Shown: positions 20,009 to 30,021, counted from the first letter of the stretch. The stretch: 64,000 bases of DNA from Hyphomicrobiales bacterium (GCA_024225445.1 JAAEMP010000073.1:415-64414), one strand, 5' to 3'. The notes: a model not told the origin generated them from the sequence alone. Translations and numbers: made by a program.

Positions 20009-21492
20009 TGGAAATAAATGCCGGCCCAATGTGGCCGGCGCACCGAATAGCGGGGACAAAAGACATGATGGATAATGCGATAATTAATTGGTTTATCCCG
20101 GAAAAAATCATCCGGGGCCGCACCAATATCGAAATGGCGCGGATTTTTGTGTTCACGCACTTGTTTGGTCCTGTTATTGCCCAGCCGATGGCAATTTTCC
20201 TGTATATTGTTTCTCCAGAGATCAACTTCCCACTGGAAGTCATGGCCACAGGTATCTACAGCTTCCTAACGCTTCCGTTCGTGTTGCGTTACACGGGTAA
20301 TATGGTTGTATCAGCGCTTCTTTCCTTTCAGGGCCTGGCTGCCATATCGCTATTCGGCACCTATTACTATGGTGGTTTCAGCTCTCCATTTCTGCCGTGG
20401 CTTATAGTCAGCCTCCTATTGGGATTTTTCTATCTTTCGAAAAAAGCATACCTGGTTATCGGACTCTTTGCTGCCGATATCATGATTTTTTTAGGTTTTC
20501 TTGGATGGAGCGGCCTGCCTAATACCGTTCCGCTGGAAGACCTGAGAATTCTAGCCTGGCTATCGATCGTCGCGGCGGTCGTCTACATGTCGTGGATGGC
20601 GCTGTACTATGCTCGCATGATCGCCCTGCGAACGGAACTCGAGATTGAAGCGGAACGTTTCCGTACAACCCAGAGAGAATTGGAAAAGGCACGCGCAGTT
20701 GCCGAACAAATAAACCATCATCGTTCCGTGTTTTTTTCCAAAATGAGCCACGAGCTGCGTACTCCGCTCAATGTGATCATCGGGTATTCTGAAATCCTTC
20801 TTGAGGATACCGCAGATATCGCGGGTGAGGACCAACAAAAAATCAAGGATCTCGGTCGCATCAACAAGGCTGGCAAGCACCTTCTCTCCCTTGTTTCCGA
20901 TGTCCTGGATACCAACACGATCGAAAACGATGCACACGTACTTGACATCGCTGAATTTACCCTTGGCGAGTTGATTGACGAAGTGATAGCTTCGGCGCTT
21001 CCACTGATTGAAAAGAACAACAATCGTCTGAATATCGAATGTCCGAATCGCAATGAAACCGTGCGAACCGATAAAACCAAGTTGCGACAGATGTTAATCA
21101 ACTTAATGAGCAATTCAGGAAAATTTACGAATCATGGCAAGGTAACGCTGCATCTGAGTATCGAAAAGGGTATTGCTGACGACCAGCTCCATGCATTCGT
21201 TTCTGATACAGGTATCGGAATTGCCGAGGATGCGTTGCCGAAGCTTTTCCAGGAGTATATCCAGGCGGATGCCTCAATTTCAAAACAGTATGGTGGCACC
21301 GGGATTGGTTTGGCAATTACACGTAAGCTCAGTGTCTTGCTCGGCGGCGAAGTTACTGCCACCAGCAAGTTGGGCGAGGGTGCCCGATTCACCATCGATA
21401 TTCCAGCAATACTAAAACCTGACAATAAAATAGAAACCGCTAAGGAAACTACTCTTGTGCAAACTGATAAAACGCAAGCCAAGGCAGCCTGA
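20005..21492 (+). CDS. membrane sensor histidine kinase, paralog 2 of 17006..18457
   Basis: 495 aa with the same N-terminal domain signature (FIPEK, ARIFVFTHLFGP, GGFSSPFLPW, MALYYAR). The H-box is MSHELRTPLNVIIGYS, with DTGIGI and GGTGIGL boxes. It is translationally coupled to the synthase gene. Confidence 0.85.
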   Translation: MMEINAGPMWPAHRIAGTKDMMDNAIINWFIPEKIIRGRTNIEMARIFVFTHLFGPVIAQPMAIFLYIVSPEINFPLEVMATGIYSFLTLPFVLRYTGNMVVSALLSFQGLAAISLFGTYYYGGFSSPFLPWLIVSLLLGFFYLSKKAYLVIGLFAADIMIFLGFLGWSGLPNTVPLEDLRILAWLSIVAAVVYMSWMALYYARMIALRTELEIEAERFRTTQRELEKARAVAEQINHHRSVFFSKMSHELRTPLNVIIGYSEILLEDTADIAGEDQQKIKDLGRINKAGKHLLSLVSDVLDTNTIENDAHVLDIAEFTLGELIDEVIASALPLIEKNNNRLNIECPNRNETVRTDKTKLRQMLINLMSNSGKFTNHGKVTLHLSIEKGIADDQLHAFVSDTGIGIAEDALPKLFQEYIQADASISKQYGGTGIGLAITRKLSVLLGGEVTATSKLGEGARFTIDIPAILKPDNKIETAKETTLVQTDKTQAKAA

Positions 21493-21589
21493 CTTGGCAG
21501 TACAAGTATAGAATTAAATGGGCTCGAATGATGGTCAAATCACCAGTGAATTCCAACTGCAAAAATACTCTCATGGGGAAGCTAAGAAA

Positions 21590-23470
21590 ATGAATCACAG
21601 CGCCGCACTTAAAACCGACGTTGCTTGGGTCGAACCGCAAGCAGAAACAGAAACCGCGCCGCACGTCCTTGTGGTGGATGACGTTGCAGATAATCGCGAT
21701 ATCCTGTCCCGAAGACTGGTTCGTCGCGGATTTGAAGTGACCGAGGCTGTGGGTGGTGAAGATGCACTTGCAAAGATTTCAGAAAGCTCATTTGATATTG
21801 TTCTGCTTGACATCATGATGCCCGATCTGAACGGAAACGAGGTTCTCAAACGTATACGAAAGCAATATTCAAATACAGAATTGCCGGTGATCATGGTCAC
21901 AGCGAAGAGTCAAAGTGAAAACGTTGTCGACAGCCTAGACAATGGCGCTGACGACTATATCACCAAACCAGTTGATTTCAATGTCGCGATGGCGCGCATC
22001 ACCAACCAGCTCAAAAAGAAATCAGCAGCTGAAGCCAACTCAAGGAAAACAAAAAATTTCGAGGAAACGGCTCAATTTCTCAATCAAACACTCGATCAGA
22101 GGAACGAGGAACTCAGTCTTGAATCTGAAAGACGCCAAATATCTGAAGAGAAATTGCATTACATGGCGTTCCACGATTCACTTACCGGTCTCCTTAACCG
22201 CCAAGGCTTTCGTGATATCCTGTCTCACGCATTTGACAATATGCCGACGACTAATGTCGAGCCTGCGCTCCTTTTTGTCGATCTTGATGCATTTAAATCA
22301 GTCAATGACGTATATGGTCACGAGATCGGAGACAAATTGTTGTCCCAGGTGGCTGATCGTTTGAGCGAATTGGTTGGCCCCGACATCAGCGTATGCAGAC
22401 TAGGGGGTGATGAATTTGCAATTGTCACACAATTCGAAAATCAGCCCGTAAAATCAATGCTAATAGCCGAGCAGATAGTCGAGCAAATGAATTTGCCATT
22501 CATTGTAGAAGGGAAATCCCTGACCATCGGTGCAAGCTGCGGCGTGGCACGGGCATCTCAATTTGACGAAGATCTTGATGGTCTAATTAAGGCAGCAGAT
22601 CTCGCCATGTACCATGCCAAAAGCAATGGCCGATGTGGTGCTGTTCTATTTGAGAATCGCATGTTCGAAGAGCAAGAAGAGCGTCGGGCACTCGAAATCG
22701 ATCTGCACCATGCAATCCAGAACTCTGAGTTTGAGGTTTTCTACCAACCACTTGTTAATGTTGAGTCAAATGAGATATCTGGATTTGAAGCCCTTGTGCG
22801 CTGGCCGCACAAAACACGTGGAATTATGTCACCGGACGCTTTTATTCCGCTGGTGGAAGAGATGGGCTTGATCAATGAGCTTGGAAACTGGGTTTTGAGG
22901 AGCGCCTGTGAGGAAGCAATCAAGTGGCCATCGAATATCAATGTCGCAGTTAACCTGTCGCCAAATCAGTTTAAGAACGATTCACTGCTAGCCACATTGG
23001 TAAATGTACTTGCCACAACAGGACTTAACCCTAATCGTCTCGAGTTGGAAATAACAGAATCGGCATTACTGGATACGGAAAAACGAACTATCAAAACTCT
23101 TGAATCCATTCAAGAACTGGGTGTCCGCATCTCGATGGATGATTTCGGCACCGGATATTCTACACTATCCTATCTGCAGGATTTCAAGTTCGACAAGATT
23201 AAGATTGATAAGTGTTTCGTCCAGGGTATGGAAGAAAATGTATCCGATGAAGCGATCATCGAGGCAATTGTAAAACTCAGCGATTCAATCGGCATGGGTA
23301 CTACGGCAGAAGGTATCGAAACGGACAGCCAGCTCAAATGTATCATGGACCGAGGATGCACTGAGGGGCAAGGTTACCTGTTTAGCCGTCCATTGACGAG
23401 CGACGATGCCGGCAAGTTTATTGAAAGTTTTGTGGGAATAAAAGACTTGAGCACTTCCGGTTTAGATTGA
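21590..23470 (+). CDS. response regulator with REC-GGDEF-EAL architecture (c-di-GMP turnover)
   Basis: The REC domain has VLVVDDVADNRD..LLDIMMPDLNG..KP. The GGDEF domain has an intact RLGGDEFAIV. The EAL domain has EALVRW, DDFGTGYS, KIDK, EGIET and GQGYLFSRP. I prefer the start at Met25 of ORF 21518..23470. Confidence 0.85.
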   Translation: MNHSAALKTDVAWVEPQAETETAPHVLVVDDVADNRDILSRRLVRRGFEVTEAVGGEDALAKISESSFDIVLLDIMMPDLNGNEVLKRIRKQYSNTELPVIMVTAKSQSENVVDSLDNGADDYITKPVDFNVAMARITNQLKKKSAAEANSRKTKNFEETAQFLNQTLDQRNEELSLESERRQISEEKLHYMAFHDSLTGLLNRQGFRDILSHAFDNMPTTNVEPALLFVDLDAFKSVNDVYGHEIGDKLLSQVADRLSELVGPDISVCRLGGDEFAIVTQFENQPVKSMLIAEQIVEQMNLPFIVEGKSLTIGASCGVARASQFDEDLDGLIKAADLAMYHAKSNGRCGAVLFENRMFEEQEERRALEIDLHHAIQNSEFEVFYQPLVNVESNEISGFEALVRWPHKTRGIMSPDAFIPLVEEMGLINELGNWVLRSACEEAIKWPSNINVAVNLSPNQFKNDSLLATLVNVLATTGLNPNRLELEITESALLDTEKRTIKTLESIQELGVRISMDDFGTGYSTLSYLQDFKFDKIKIDKCFVQGMEENVSDEAIIEAIVKLSDSIGMGTTAEGIETDSQLKCIMDRGCTEGQGYLFSRPLTSDDAGKFIESFVGIKDLSTSGLD

Positions 23471-23507
23471 ACCATTTGACCCACCGGAGGCTTGTTTTTC
23501 ACGCCCG

Positions 23508-23570
23508 CTGGACAGCGTTATGCTTCGCTTATGGTCGTATTGACCACAAGAAAATCATAACGCTGTCCAG
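23508..23570. repeat. perfect 15-bp inverted repeat (ctggacagcgttatg / cataacgctgtccag) with a 33-nt spacer, 38 nt downstream of the REC-GGDEF-EAL stop
   Basis: Read directly. The arms extend imperfectly outward (tcacgc.. / ..gcgtga). No T-run follows, so it is not a canonical intrinsic terminator. Confidence 0.6.
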
Positions 23571-23583
23571 AATGCGTGAATAA

Positions 23584-23735
23584 CCGGTCTTTGGTGAACC
23601 AATCCAGCCCATCTGCCCAGTTTATGTAATGGCGCAAAACTTGTCCGATCAACCAGATCGCCCAAAAACTTTTCCGGGTTTCGCGCCTTGCTGAGTGAAC
23701 TGGATTGGTCCATCAAATGCTTCCGTGTAAACAAG
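23584..23735 (-). repeat. copy R3 (inverted orientation) of the intergenic repeat family
   Basis: The reverse complement reads acacggaagcatttgatggaccaatccagttcactcagcaaggcgcg...gggcgatctggttgatcgg. By eye this is roughly three-quarters identical to the 59.3-kb copy over about 80 nt. Confidence 0.55.
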
Positions 23736-24027
23736 AAACGGTCTAGAGTACAGCCGCAAGCACAATCATATCAAACCCAAGTAATACAACAGCCCGGCGC
23801 AACCACTCTCCCGCACTGTTGCGTCAGTCTTTTGATAGATACTCCACAGTCCGGGCGTATGGATAATCCTCAGCACTTGGAAATTGGTGTATTACTACTC
23901 CGACGTTGACATTGTGTACCTATTGGCAATTCTTGAGAAACTGTAGGTTGTCGTATTGACCGTGGGGAGCAAAGCTGAAACAAAATAAATTGCCGGATTA
24001 TCGTAGTTTGAAATTTATGGAGATTTT

Positions 24028-24768
24028 TTGGATAAAGTTGTCTCAAAATTTTTGTCAGGTTTACGTGATCGCGGCAATATCGAAGAGATGTTTGATATTC
24101 TTCCGGATATTTATTTTTACATCAAGGATCACAATTGCCGCTGGATAATGTGTAACAAAGCCTGTCTCCGTTTGTTGAATTTTCGAAATCTTGGGGAGGT
24201 CTATGGCGCCACGGAAGGTGATTTTTTTCCACCAAAGATCGCGGAACTAATCCGGCTGGATGATTGTGACGTGATCAATAACCAGCGCCGCATCATCAAC
24301 CGGACTGAACTTATTGTCGATGAGGTGGGACATCTGACCTGGGTTTCTACTAACAAACTGCCGTTGATAGCAAAAGACGGCAGTGTTGCCGGATTGATGG
24401 GAACCACCAGAATCCTGACCCGCTCCGACCGACTGCCGGACGAATATCAACAGTTTCGTTCGGTTATTGATCATATTCAGACGAAAGTGGATGAAAAAAT
24501 CGATGTGAAGGAACTGGCGCGGATCAGTTGCCTGTCAAATAGCCAGTTCAGGAGGCGCTTTCGCATGCATTTCAGACTGTCACCACAAGAATTCATTCTG
24601 CGCACCCGGTTACAGGCGGCATCAAAGATACTCATCTCAACTGACCGGCCAATCATCAATGTTGCGCTCAGTTGCGGTTTTAGTGATCAAAGCTATTTCA
24701 CCAAACAGTTCAGCAAGTTTTTTGAGCAATCCCCCGGACGCTACCGGGCAATTTGGGGGCAAAAATAG
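24028..24768 (+). CDS. AraC-family transcriptional regulator with N-terminal PAS-like sensor domain
   Basis: 246 aa with a TTG start (alternative ATG at 24088). The C-terminal HTH_18 region is ELARISCLSNSQFRRRFRMHF..SPQEF..R...A..L; the N-terminus has a PAS-like fold pattern. The gene is very AT-rich. Confidence 0.7.
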   Translation: MDKVVSKFLSGLRDRGNIEEMFDILPDIYFYIKDHNCRWIMCNKACLRLLNFRNLGEVYGATEGDFFPPKIAELIRLDDCDVINNQRRIINRTELIVDEVGHLTWVSTNKLPLIAKDGSVAGLMGTTRILTRSDRLPDEYQQFRSVIDHIQTKVDEKIDVKELARISCLSNSQFRRRFRMHFRLSPQEFILRTRLQAASKILISTDRPIINVALSCGFSDQSYFTKQFSKFFEQSPGRYRAIWGQK

Positions 24769-25227
24769 GTGACGATCGGGCACCGCCATTGGCCCAAATC
24801 AAAATAAGCGAATAGTCATAAGAAAAACCCGCTTTGCCAAAGCGATAACATTGTTGATTTGATATATTCCAACAACAAATAACCGATTATGGCGCGTTGG
24901 ACGGCGACAATTTCTATGGCAATTTTGAATAATTATCTGGGAAATGCATATCGATCCCAATGCATAGTCGGGATTCGATAGGCGTTTTTTTTAGTTGCAA
25001 GTGGGACCAAATTGCCACTTGATGCAAAAAGCGGTGATCGGTTGCTACCATGCTGCCTGGTTTATCCGGAACGCGACCACCGACGTGTGGGGTACGTTTT
25101 TTTGGACAAGAGACCGGTTGGTTTGCCTTGCTGAAACATGGACCGGATTTACGAGGATTAATAAAGTCGCTGATCAGGTGACGCTGGTGCTGTCGTAGAT
25201 AGAATTTGCTTTTGGGAGGAGCAAAAA

Positions 25228-26277
25228 ATGTCAAAAGATCAACAATATCCAAAATTGCACAATGCCATGTGGCCCGGACTCGTCGGCAAGGGAGACGATT
25301 CCGAGCCACCGATTGATCTTGATACCATGCTCGATCTCACGGCTGGAGCCGAGGTAAATGGCACCAAATTTGATGGCGTCGATCTGTTTCTGGCAGATCC
25401 CCATACCAGCATTGATGTAAGTGATGATGGAATAAAGGAACTGGCGGACAAAGCATCTTCAAGAAATCTCGTTATCGGATCTGCGGTTGCACCTGTTTGG
25501 CCTCCTGTTGGCGGCGGGGCAGCCATGGGAACCCGCGACGAGCGAAATCAGTTTGTTGAGATGGTACGCAAATCCTGCCGGATTCTGGGGCGCTTGACAG
25601 AACTTGGCGTGCGCTCATATGGCGTCGTTCGTATCGATTCTGCTTCCGGTGTGGAAGAATGGGCGAAAGACCCGGTCGCCAACACAAAAATCATAGCAGA
25701 GACATTTAGAGAAGCCTGTAAAGTGGCAGAAGATCACGGTGAGCGCCTGGCTGCAGAAGGCGAGATTTGCTGGGGTGGAATGCATTCATGGAAAGCGATG
25801 GTTGAGCTGCTGGAGATGGTCGATCGCCCGCAAACCATCGGGTTTCAGGCTGACATGGCCCACACACTGCTCTACGCCATGGGGTATAATGCGCCTGAGG
25901 CGCGCATCCTCCCGGATGATTACGACTGGAGTGATGGCGAGCAGCTTGATGAAGCATTGCGTACCATCACTTGCGCACTCAGACCATGGACAATTGATTT
26001 CCATGTCGCCCAAAATGACGGGACAGTTCATGGGACGGGCAGCCATGACAAAACCGGCCGTCATTGTATGGTCAGCGATCCCAATGGCAGGCTCGATATC
26101 GCACGGCATGCAGGCTACTGGCTGCGCGATGATGACGGGAAAATAACCCGGGCAGTCAAACATATATGCTGGGATGGATGTATGTTCCCGAACGAGAAAT
26201 TACTCCAACAGGAGACGTGGAACGAAATTCTGGCGGCAATGATTGATGTGCGAGATGCCCATGGCTGGAGTAACTGA
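25228..26277 (+). CDS. sugar phosphate isomerase/epimerase (xylose-isomerase-like TIM barrel)
   Basis: 349 aa with a GGAGGAG RBS. The length, the conserved E/D/H metal-site spacing and its pairing with a Gfo/Idh/MocA gene support the call. Confidence 0.7.
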   Translation: MSKDQQYPKLHNAMWPGLVGKGDDSEPPIDLDTMLDLTAGAEVNGTKFDGVDLFLADPHTSIDVSDDGIKELADKASSRNLVIGSAVAPVWPPVGGGAAMGTRDERNQFVEMVRKSCRILGRLTELGVRSYGVVRIDSASGVEEWAKDPVANTKIIAETFREACKVAEDHGERLAAEGEICWGGMHSWKAMVELLEMVDRPQTIGFQADMAHTLLYAMGYNAPEARILPDDYDWSDGEQLDEALRTITCALRPWTIDFHVAQNDGTVHGTGSHDKTGRHCMVSDPNGRLDIARHAGYWLRDDDGKITRAVKHICWDGCMFPNEKLLQQETWNEILAAMIDVRDAHGWSN

Positions 26278-26278
26278 T

Positions 26279-27421
26279 ATGGCAGGAAAAAAACTTCGGA
26301 TAGGGCTAGTTGGTTATGGCTTCATGGGTCGCACCCATTCGAATGCCTTTCATCAGGCGGAAAAGTTTTTTGATCTGGGCTACACTCCGGAACTTGTTGC
26401 AGTGTGCGGGCGGGAAAAAGCCAATGCGGAAGCCCATGCAGCGCGCTGGGGCTTTTCTTCTGTAGAGACAGATTGGCGCAAACTGGTAGAGCGCGACGAC
26501 ATTGACCTGATCGATATCGCCGCGCCCAATGACGTGCATCGCGATATCGCCATTGCTGCCGCCAATGCGGGCAAAATGGTGATGTGTGAAAAACCACTGG
26601 GGCGCAATGCGACGGAATCGAGCGATATGGTTGCTGCCGTGGAAAACGCCGGTGTCGCCAATATGGTGTGGTACAATTACCGTCGCATCCCTGCAGTAAC
26701 GCTGGCCAAACAAATTATTGATGAAGGCAAATTGGGGCGTATTTTTCATTATCGTGCCAAATTTCTGCAGGACTGGACCATTGCCGATGACCTTCCTCAA
26801 GGGGGAGCCGCTTTGTGGCGTCTTGACGCGGATGTTGCCGGAAGTGGGGTTACCGGTGATTTGCTGGCTCATTGTATTGATACGGCAATGTGGTTGAACG
26901 GACCGATCGATCAGGTCTCGGGAACCACTGAAACTTTCATTAAAGAACGCATGCATAACTTGACCGGCAAGGTGGAGCCGGTCGGTATCGATGATGCCAG
27001 TCTCTTCCTTGCCCGTTTTGGCAACGGCTCTCTGGCAACGTTTGAAGCAACCCGATACGCACGCGGCCACAAAGCACTCTACACCCTGGAAATAAACGGC
27101 GAACATGCGTCTATTTTCTGGGATTTGCATGATTTGAACCGTATCGAGTATTTTGATCATTCCGATGAGGGGCGGGTGCGCGGATGGCGTTCTGTCCACG
27201 TGACCGATGGCGATCATCCCTACATGGATAAATGGTGGGTGCCCGGCCTGTCGATTGGATACGAGCACAGCTTTGTTCATCAGTTTGCAGACTTCGTGGA
27301 AAGTCTGGGCAGCGGTCGACCGGCAATGCCAGATTTTCGAAATGCATTAGCTACCGATTTGGTGACCGATGCAGTATTGGCTTCAGCCAAATCCGGTCAA
27401 TGGGAGGCAGCTCGCGCTTGA
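26279..27421 (+). CDS. Gfo/Idh/MocA-family NAD(P)-dependent oxidoreductase
   Basis: It has the Rossmann motif [15 protein letters not shown] and the EKPL motif (MCEKPLG). The ATG lies 2 nt after the upstream stop. Confidence 0.85.
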   Translation: MAGKKLRIGLVGYGFMGRTHSNAFHQAEKFFDLGYTPELVAVCGREKANAEAHAARWGFSSVETDWRKLVERDDIDLIDIAAPNDVHRDIAIAAANAGKMVMCEKPLGRNATESSDMVAAVENAGVANMVWYNYRRIPAVTLAKQIIDEGKLGRIFHYRAKFLQDWTIADDLPQGGAALWRLDADVAGSGVTGDLLAHCIDTAMWLNGPIDQVSGTTETFIKERMHNLTGKVEPVGIDDASLFLARFGNGSLATFEATRYARGHKALYTLEINGEHASIFWDLHDLNRIEYFDHSDEGRVRGWRSVHVTDGDHPYMDKWWVPGLSIGYEHSFVHQFADFVESLGSGRPAMPDFRNALATDLVTDAVLASAKSGQWEAARA

Positions 27422-27454
27422 TTTTGATTCTATTCGACCCAACAGGGCAGACAA

Positions 27455-28549
27455 ATGGCCAGTGAAAATAATCCGGCATTGCGACTGACCAACATTTCCA
27501 AACGGTTTGGAGATGTGGTTGCGCTTGAAAAACTGACTTTTGACGTCAGGCAGGGCGGATTTTTTGTACTCTTTGGCCCCAGTTCCGTTGGCAAGACAAC
27601 AACATTGCGAGCGATTTGCGGTCTTGAAACGGTAGATTCCGGCAGTATTGAAATTGACGGCAAGGATGCCACACTGGCACCAATCCGAGACCGTGGTGTG
27701 GCGATGGTTTTTCAATCCTTTGCGCTTTATCCACACCTGACCTTATCGGAGAATTTCGCCTATCCGCTTCGCGAGGCAGGCGTTTCTACCAATGAGATCA
27801 AAAAAAGGGTCGGTGAAACTGTCGAAATGCTGCGCCTTTCACACCGTCTGGATAACAAACCAGCGACGCTTTCAGGCGGAGAACAGCAAAGGGTGGCATT
27901 GGGGCGGGCGCTGATACGACACCCCAAAATCCTGTTGTTGGACGAACCCCTGACCAACTTGGATGCAAAATTGCGCCACGATATGCGTGCGGAACTGAAA
28001 AGACTGCATCGTCAACTTGGAATGACCATTGTATTTGCCACTCCCGATGAACTGGAGGCACTTTCAATGGGCGAAGATATCGCAGTCATGGAAACCGGAC
28101 ATGTCGTGCAGCAGGGTACTCCCGATGAATTATATGAGCGACCGCGCAACCTCTATGTCGCGGCAAAAATCGGTTCTCCCCATATGAATCTGCTCGAGGC
28201 AAAAGCACAGCCGGACAATAAAGGCCTGGACACACCGTTCGGCCCGCTTGTCGTGCATCACCGCGACCTGCCAGCGGATGAACCCCTAATTATGGGCATC
28301 CGACCAACTGACATCAAGATCGCCAAAAATGGCGAACCCCATATTCTGACGAAAGTCCGTCTGATCGAACCTTTGGGAGATTTGACGATTGTATCTTTCA
28401 ACGCCGGTGGCTCACATTTAAGAATTGTGCTGTCGGAAGCCGATGCAATCGGCATTCAGCCGGGTCAGGATCTGGGAGTTGTAATTGCGCCTGAATATGT
28501 GCATCTTTTTCGAAAGGCTGACGGGGTCGCAATTGCCAATGCCGCATAA
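27455..28549 (+). CDS. carbohydrate ABC transporter ATP-binding protein (MalK/UgpC-like), copy 1
   Basis: Walker A is GPSSVGKTT, the signature is LSGGEQQRV and Walker B is LLLDEP. A C-terminal regulatory (TOBE-like) domain is present. Confidence 0.9.
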   Translation: MASENNPALRLTNISKRFGDVVALEKLTFDVRQGGFFVLFGPSSVGKTTTLRAICGLETVDSGSIEIDGKDATLAPIRDRGVAMVFQSFALYPHLTLSENFAYPLREAGVSTNEIKKRVGETVEMLRLSHRLDNKPATLSGGEQQRVALGRALIRHPKILLLDEPLTNLDAKLRHDMRAELKRLHRQLGMTIVFATPDELEALSMGEDIAVMETGHVVQQGTPDELYERPRNLYVAAKIGSPHMNLLEAKAQPDNKGLDTPFGPLVVHHRDLPADEPLIMGIRPTDIKIAKNGEPHILTKVRLIEPLGDLTIVSFNAGGSHLRIVLSEADAIGIQPGQDLGVVIAPEYVHLFRKADGVAIANAA

Positions 28550-28585
28550 ATATAATGGAGAACGACCAAAAATAGGAGTCTGGTC

Positions 28586-30004
28586 ATGCTAAAATCTAAA
28601 CAGTTAATGATAACTTCTGTTGTTGCGGGTTGCCTGGGATTATCCATGGCAACTACTGCATTTGCAGAAGAAATCACTCTCAACATGGCGGTGCCGGACT
28701 GGCCCCCCACCCGGATCATGAAGAAATTGTTCGATGAAAATTACAAGGCCAAATCGGGCAATACGGTCAAACTGGAAGTCGATTTCATCCCCTGGCCCGA
28801 TTATTATACCCGACTTAACGCTTCACTGACTTCGGGTGAACAAAAATACAATATGGCAGTCTCTGACAGCCAGTGGCTTGGTGCATTCATTGAAGGTGGA
28901 TATTACCGGAAGCTGAACGACCTGGTCGACCCGGAACTCAAGGCAATACTTGATGACATGCATCAGGCACCGCTTCAGGCCTATGGTACTTATCCATACA
29001 AATCCGACAATCTGTACGGTTTTCCGCAAATGCCGGATATCCTGATCACTTATGCCAGGACAGACGTGTTATGTCACGCCGATGAGCAAGCTGCCTTCAA
29101 GGCAAAATACGGAACCAAATTGCCCTGCACTCCCGAAGAACTGGATGGAATGGACTGGGATATGTTCGGTAACATCGGAGAATTCTTCCAGCGTAAAAAG
29201 GGTGAAAAACTGGCAGGAGCAGCAGCAGCCGATGATTTTTATGGTATCGCTTACCAGGCGGGGAAAGGTTACGACTTCTCCTCCATGCAAATCAACGGTT
29301 TCCTTTGGCAGCATGGCGCGGAAATCTGGGATGAGACGAATATTCCCAAGGCGCAAGCTGAAGGCGTGGTGAACTCTGATACCGCGGTCAAGGGTTTTGA
29401 TCACTATTTGAGTTTACTCAAATACATGCCACCTGTTGTAAAAACCGGGTCAATGGACATATTCAAAACCGATGAACTGTTCCGGGAAGGCAAAATTGCC
29501 CTGAACATCGAATGGATCGGATTTGCCGAAAGCGCCATCAATCCTGAAACCTCAAAGGTGGCGGGGAAAATTGCCTTTGCCTCCATGCCAGGCCTGAAAA
29601 TGGCTGATGGTTCGATCAACCGTACGTCCAACATCGGCGGTCAGCCTTTCGTTATTATGACCTGGACTGACGACAAAAAGATCAAGGAAGCGGTTGATTT
29701 CGTCAAATGGTGGCTGTCACCTGAAATCCAGCACCAATTTGCATCCGCTGGTGGTCAAAGCGCGATCAAATCGGTGTATAACGATCCAAAATACACCACC
29801 TATCGTCCATGGAACCGCACCTGGGCTTCCGGCCTGGATTGGCAGCAGGATGTCTGGCATATCCCGCAGTTCTTCGAAATGCTCGTGCAACAGCAAGAGC
29901 AATTTGATTTAGCCATTACCGGCAAACAGGACGCGAAAGCGACCCTCGACAACATCGCCAAATTCCAGCAGCGTTTGCTGAGCGATGAAGGCTTGATCGA
30001 GTAA
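28586..30004 (+). CDS. ABC transporter extracellular solute-binding protein (family 1, sugar type)
   Basis: 472 aa with a signal peptide. Operon context supports the call. Confidence 0.8.
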   Translation: MLKSKQLMITSVVAGCLGLSMATTAFAEEITLNMAVPDWPPTRIMKKLFDENYKAKSGNTVKLEVDFIPWPDYYTRLNASLTSGEQKYNMAVSDSQWLGAFIEGGYYRKLNDLVDPELKAILDDMHQAPLQAYGTYPYKSDNLYGFPQMPDILITYARTDVLCHADEQAAFKAKYGTKLPCTPEELDGMDWDMFGNIGEFFQRKKGEKLAGAAAADDFYGIAYQAGKGYDFSSMQINGFLWQHGAEIWDETNIPKAQAEGVVNSDTAVKGFDHYLSLLKYMPPVVKTGSMDIFKTDELFREGKIALNIEWIGFAESAINPETSKVAGKIAFASMPGLKMADGSINRTSNIGGQPFVIMTWTDDKKIKEAVDFVKWWLSPEIQHQFASAGGQSAIKSVYNDPKYTTYRPWNRTWASGLDWQQDVWHIPQFFEMLVQQQEQFDLAITGKQDAKATLDNIAKFQQRLLSDEGLIE

Positions 30005-30021
30005 TCTCTCAGTCATAAAAC

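Noticed and set aside
23688-23909. 73-aa ORF downstream of the REC-GGDEF-EAL gene
   Set aside because: It starts inside repeat copy R3. The frames are not conserved between repeat copies, so it is likely non-coding.
26306-27280. 324-aa ORF on the minus strand
   Set aside because: It is entirely antisense to the well-supported Gfo/Idh/MocA gene. It has no recognisable motif and an odd composition (His/Arg/Gly-rich), so it is a shadow ORF.
25228-27421. Naming the TIM-barrel / Gfo pair as a levoglucosan-type or C-glycoside-type pathway
   Set aside because: Only the family-level resemblance is visible. I have no diagnostic residues or complete gene set, so a substrate name would be speculation.
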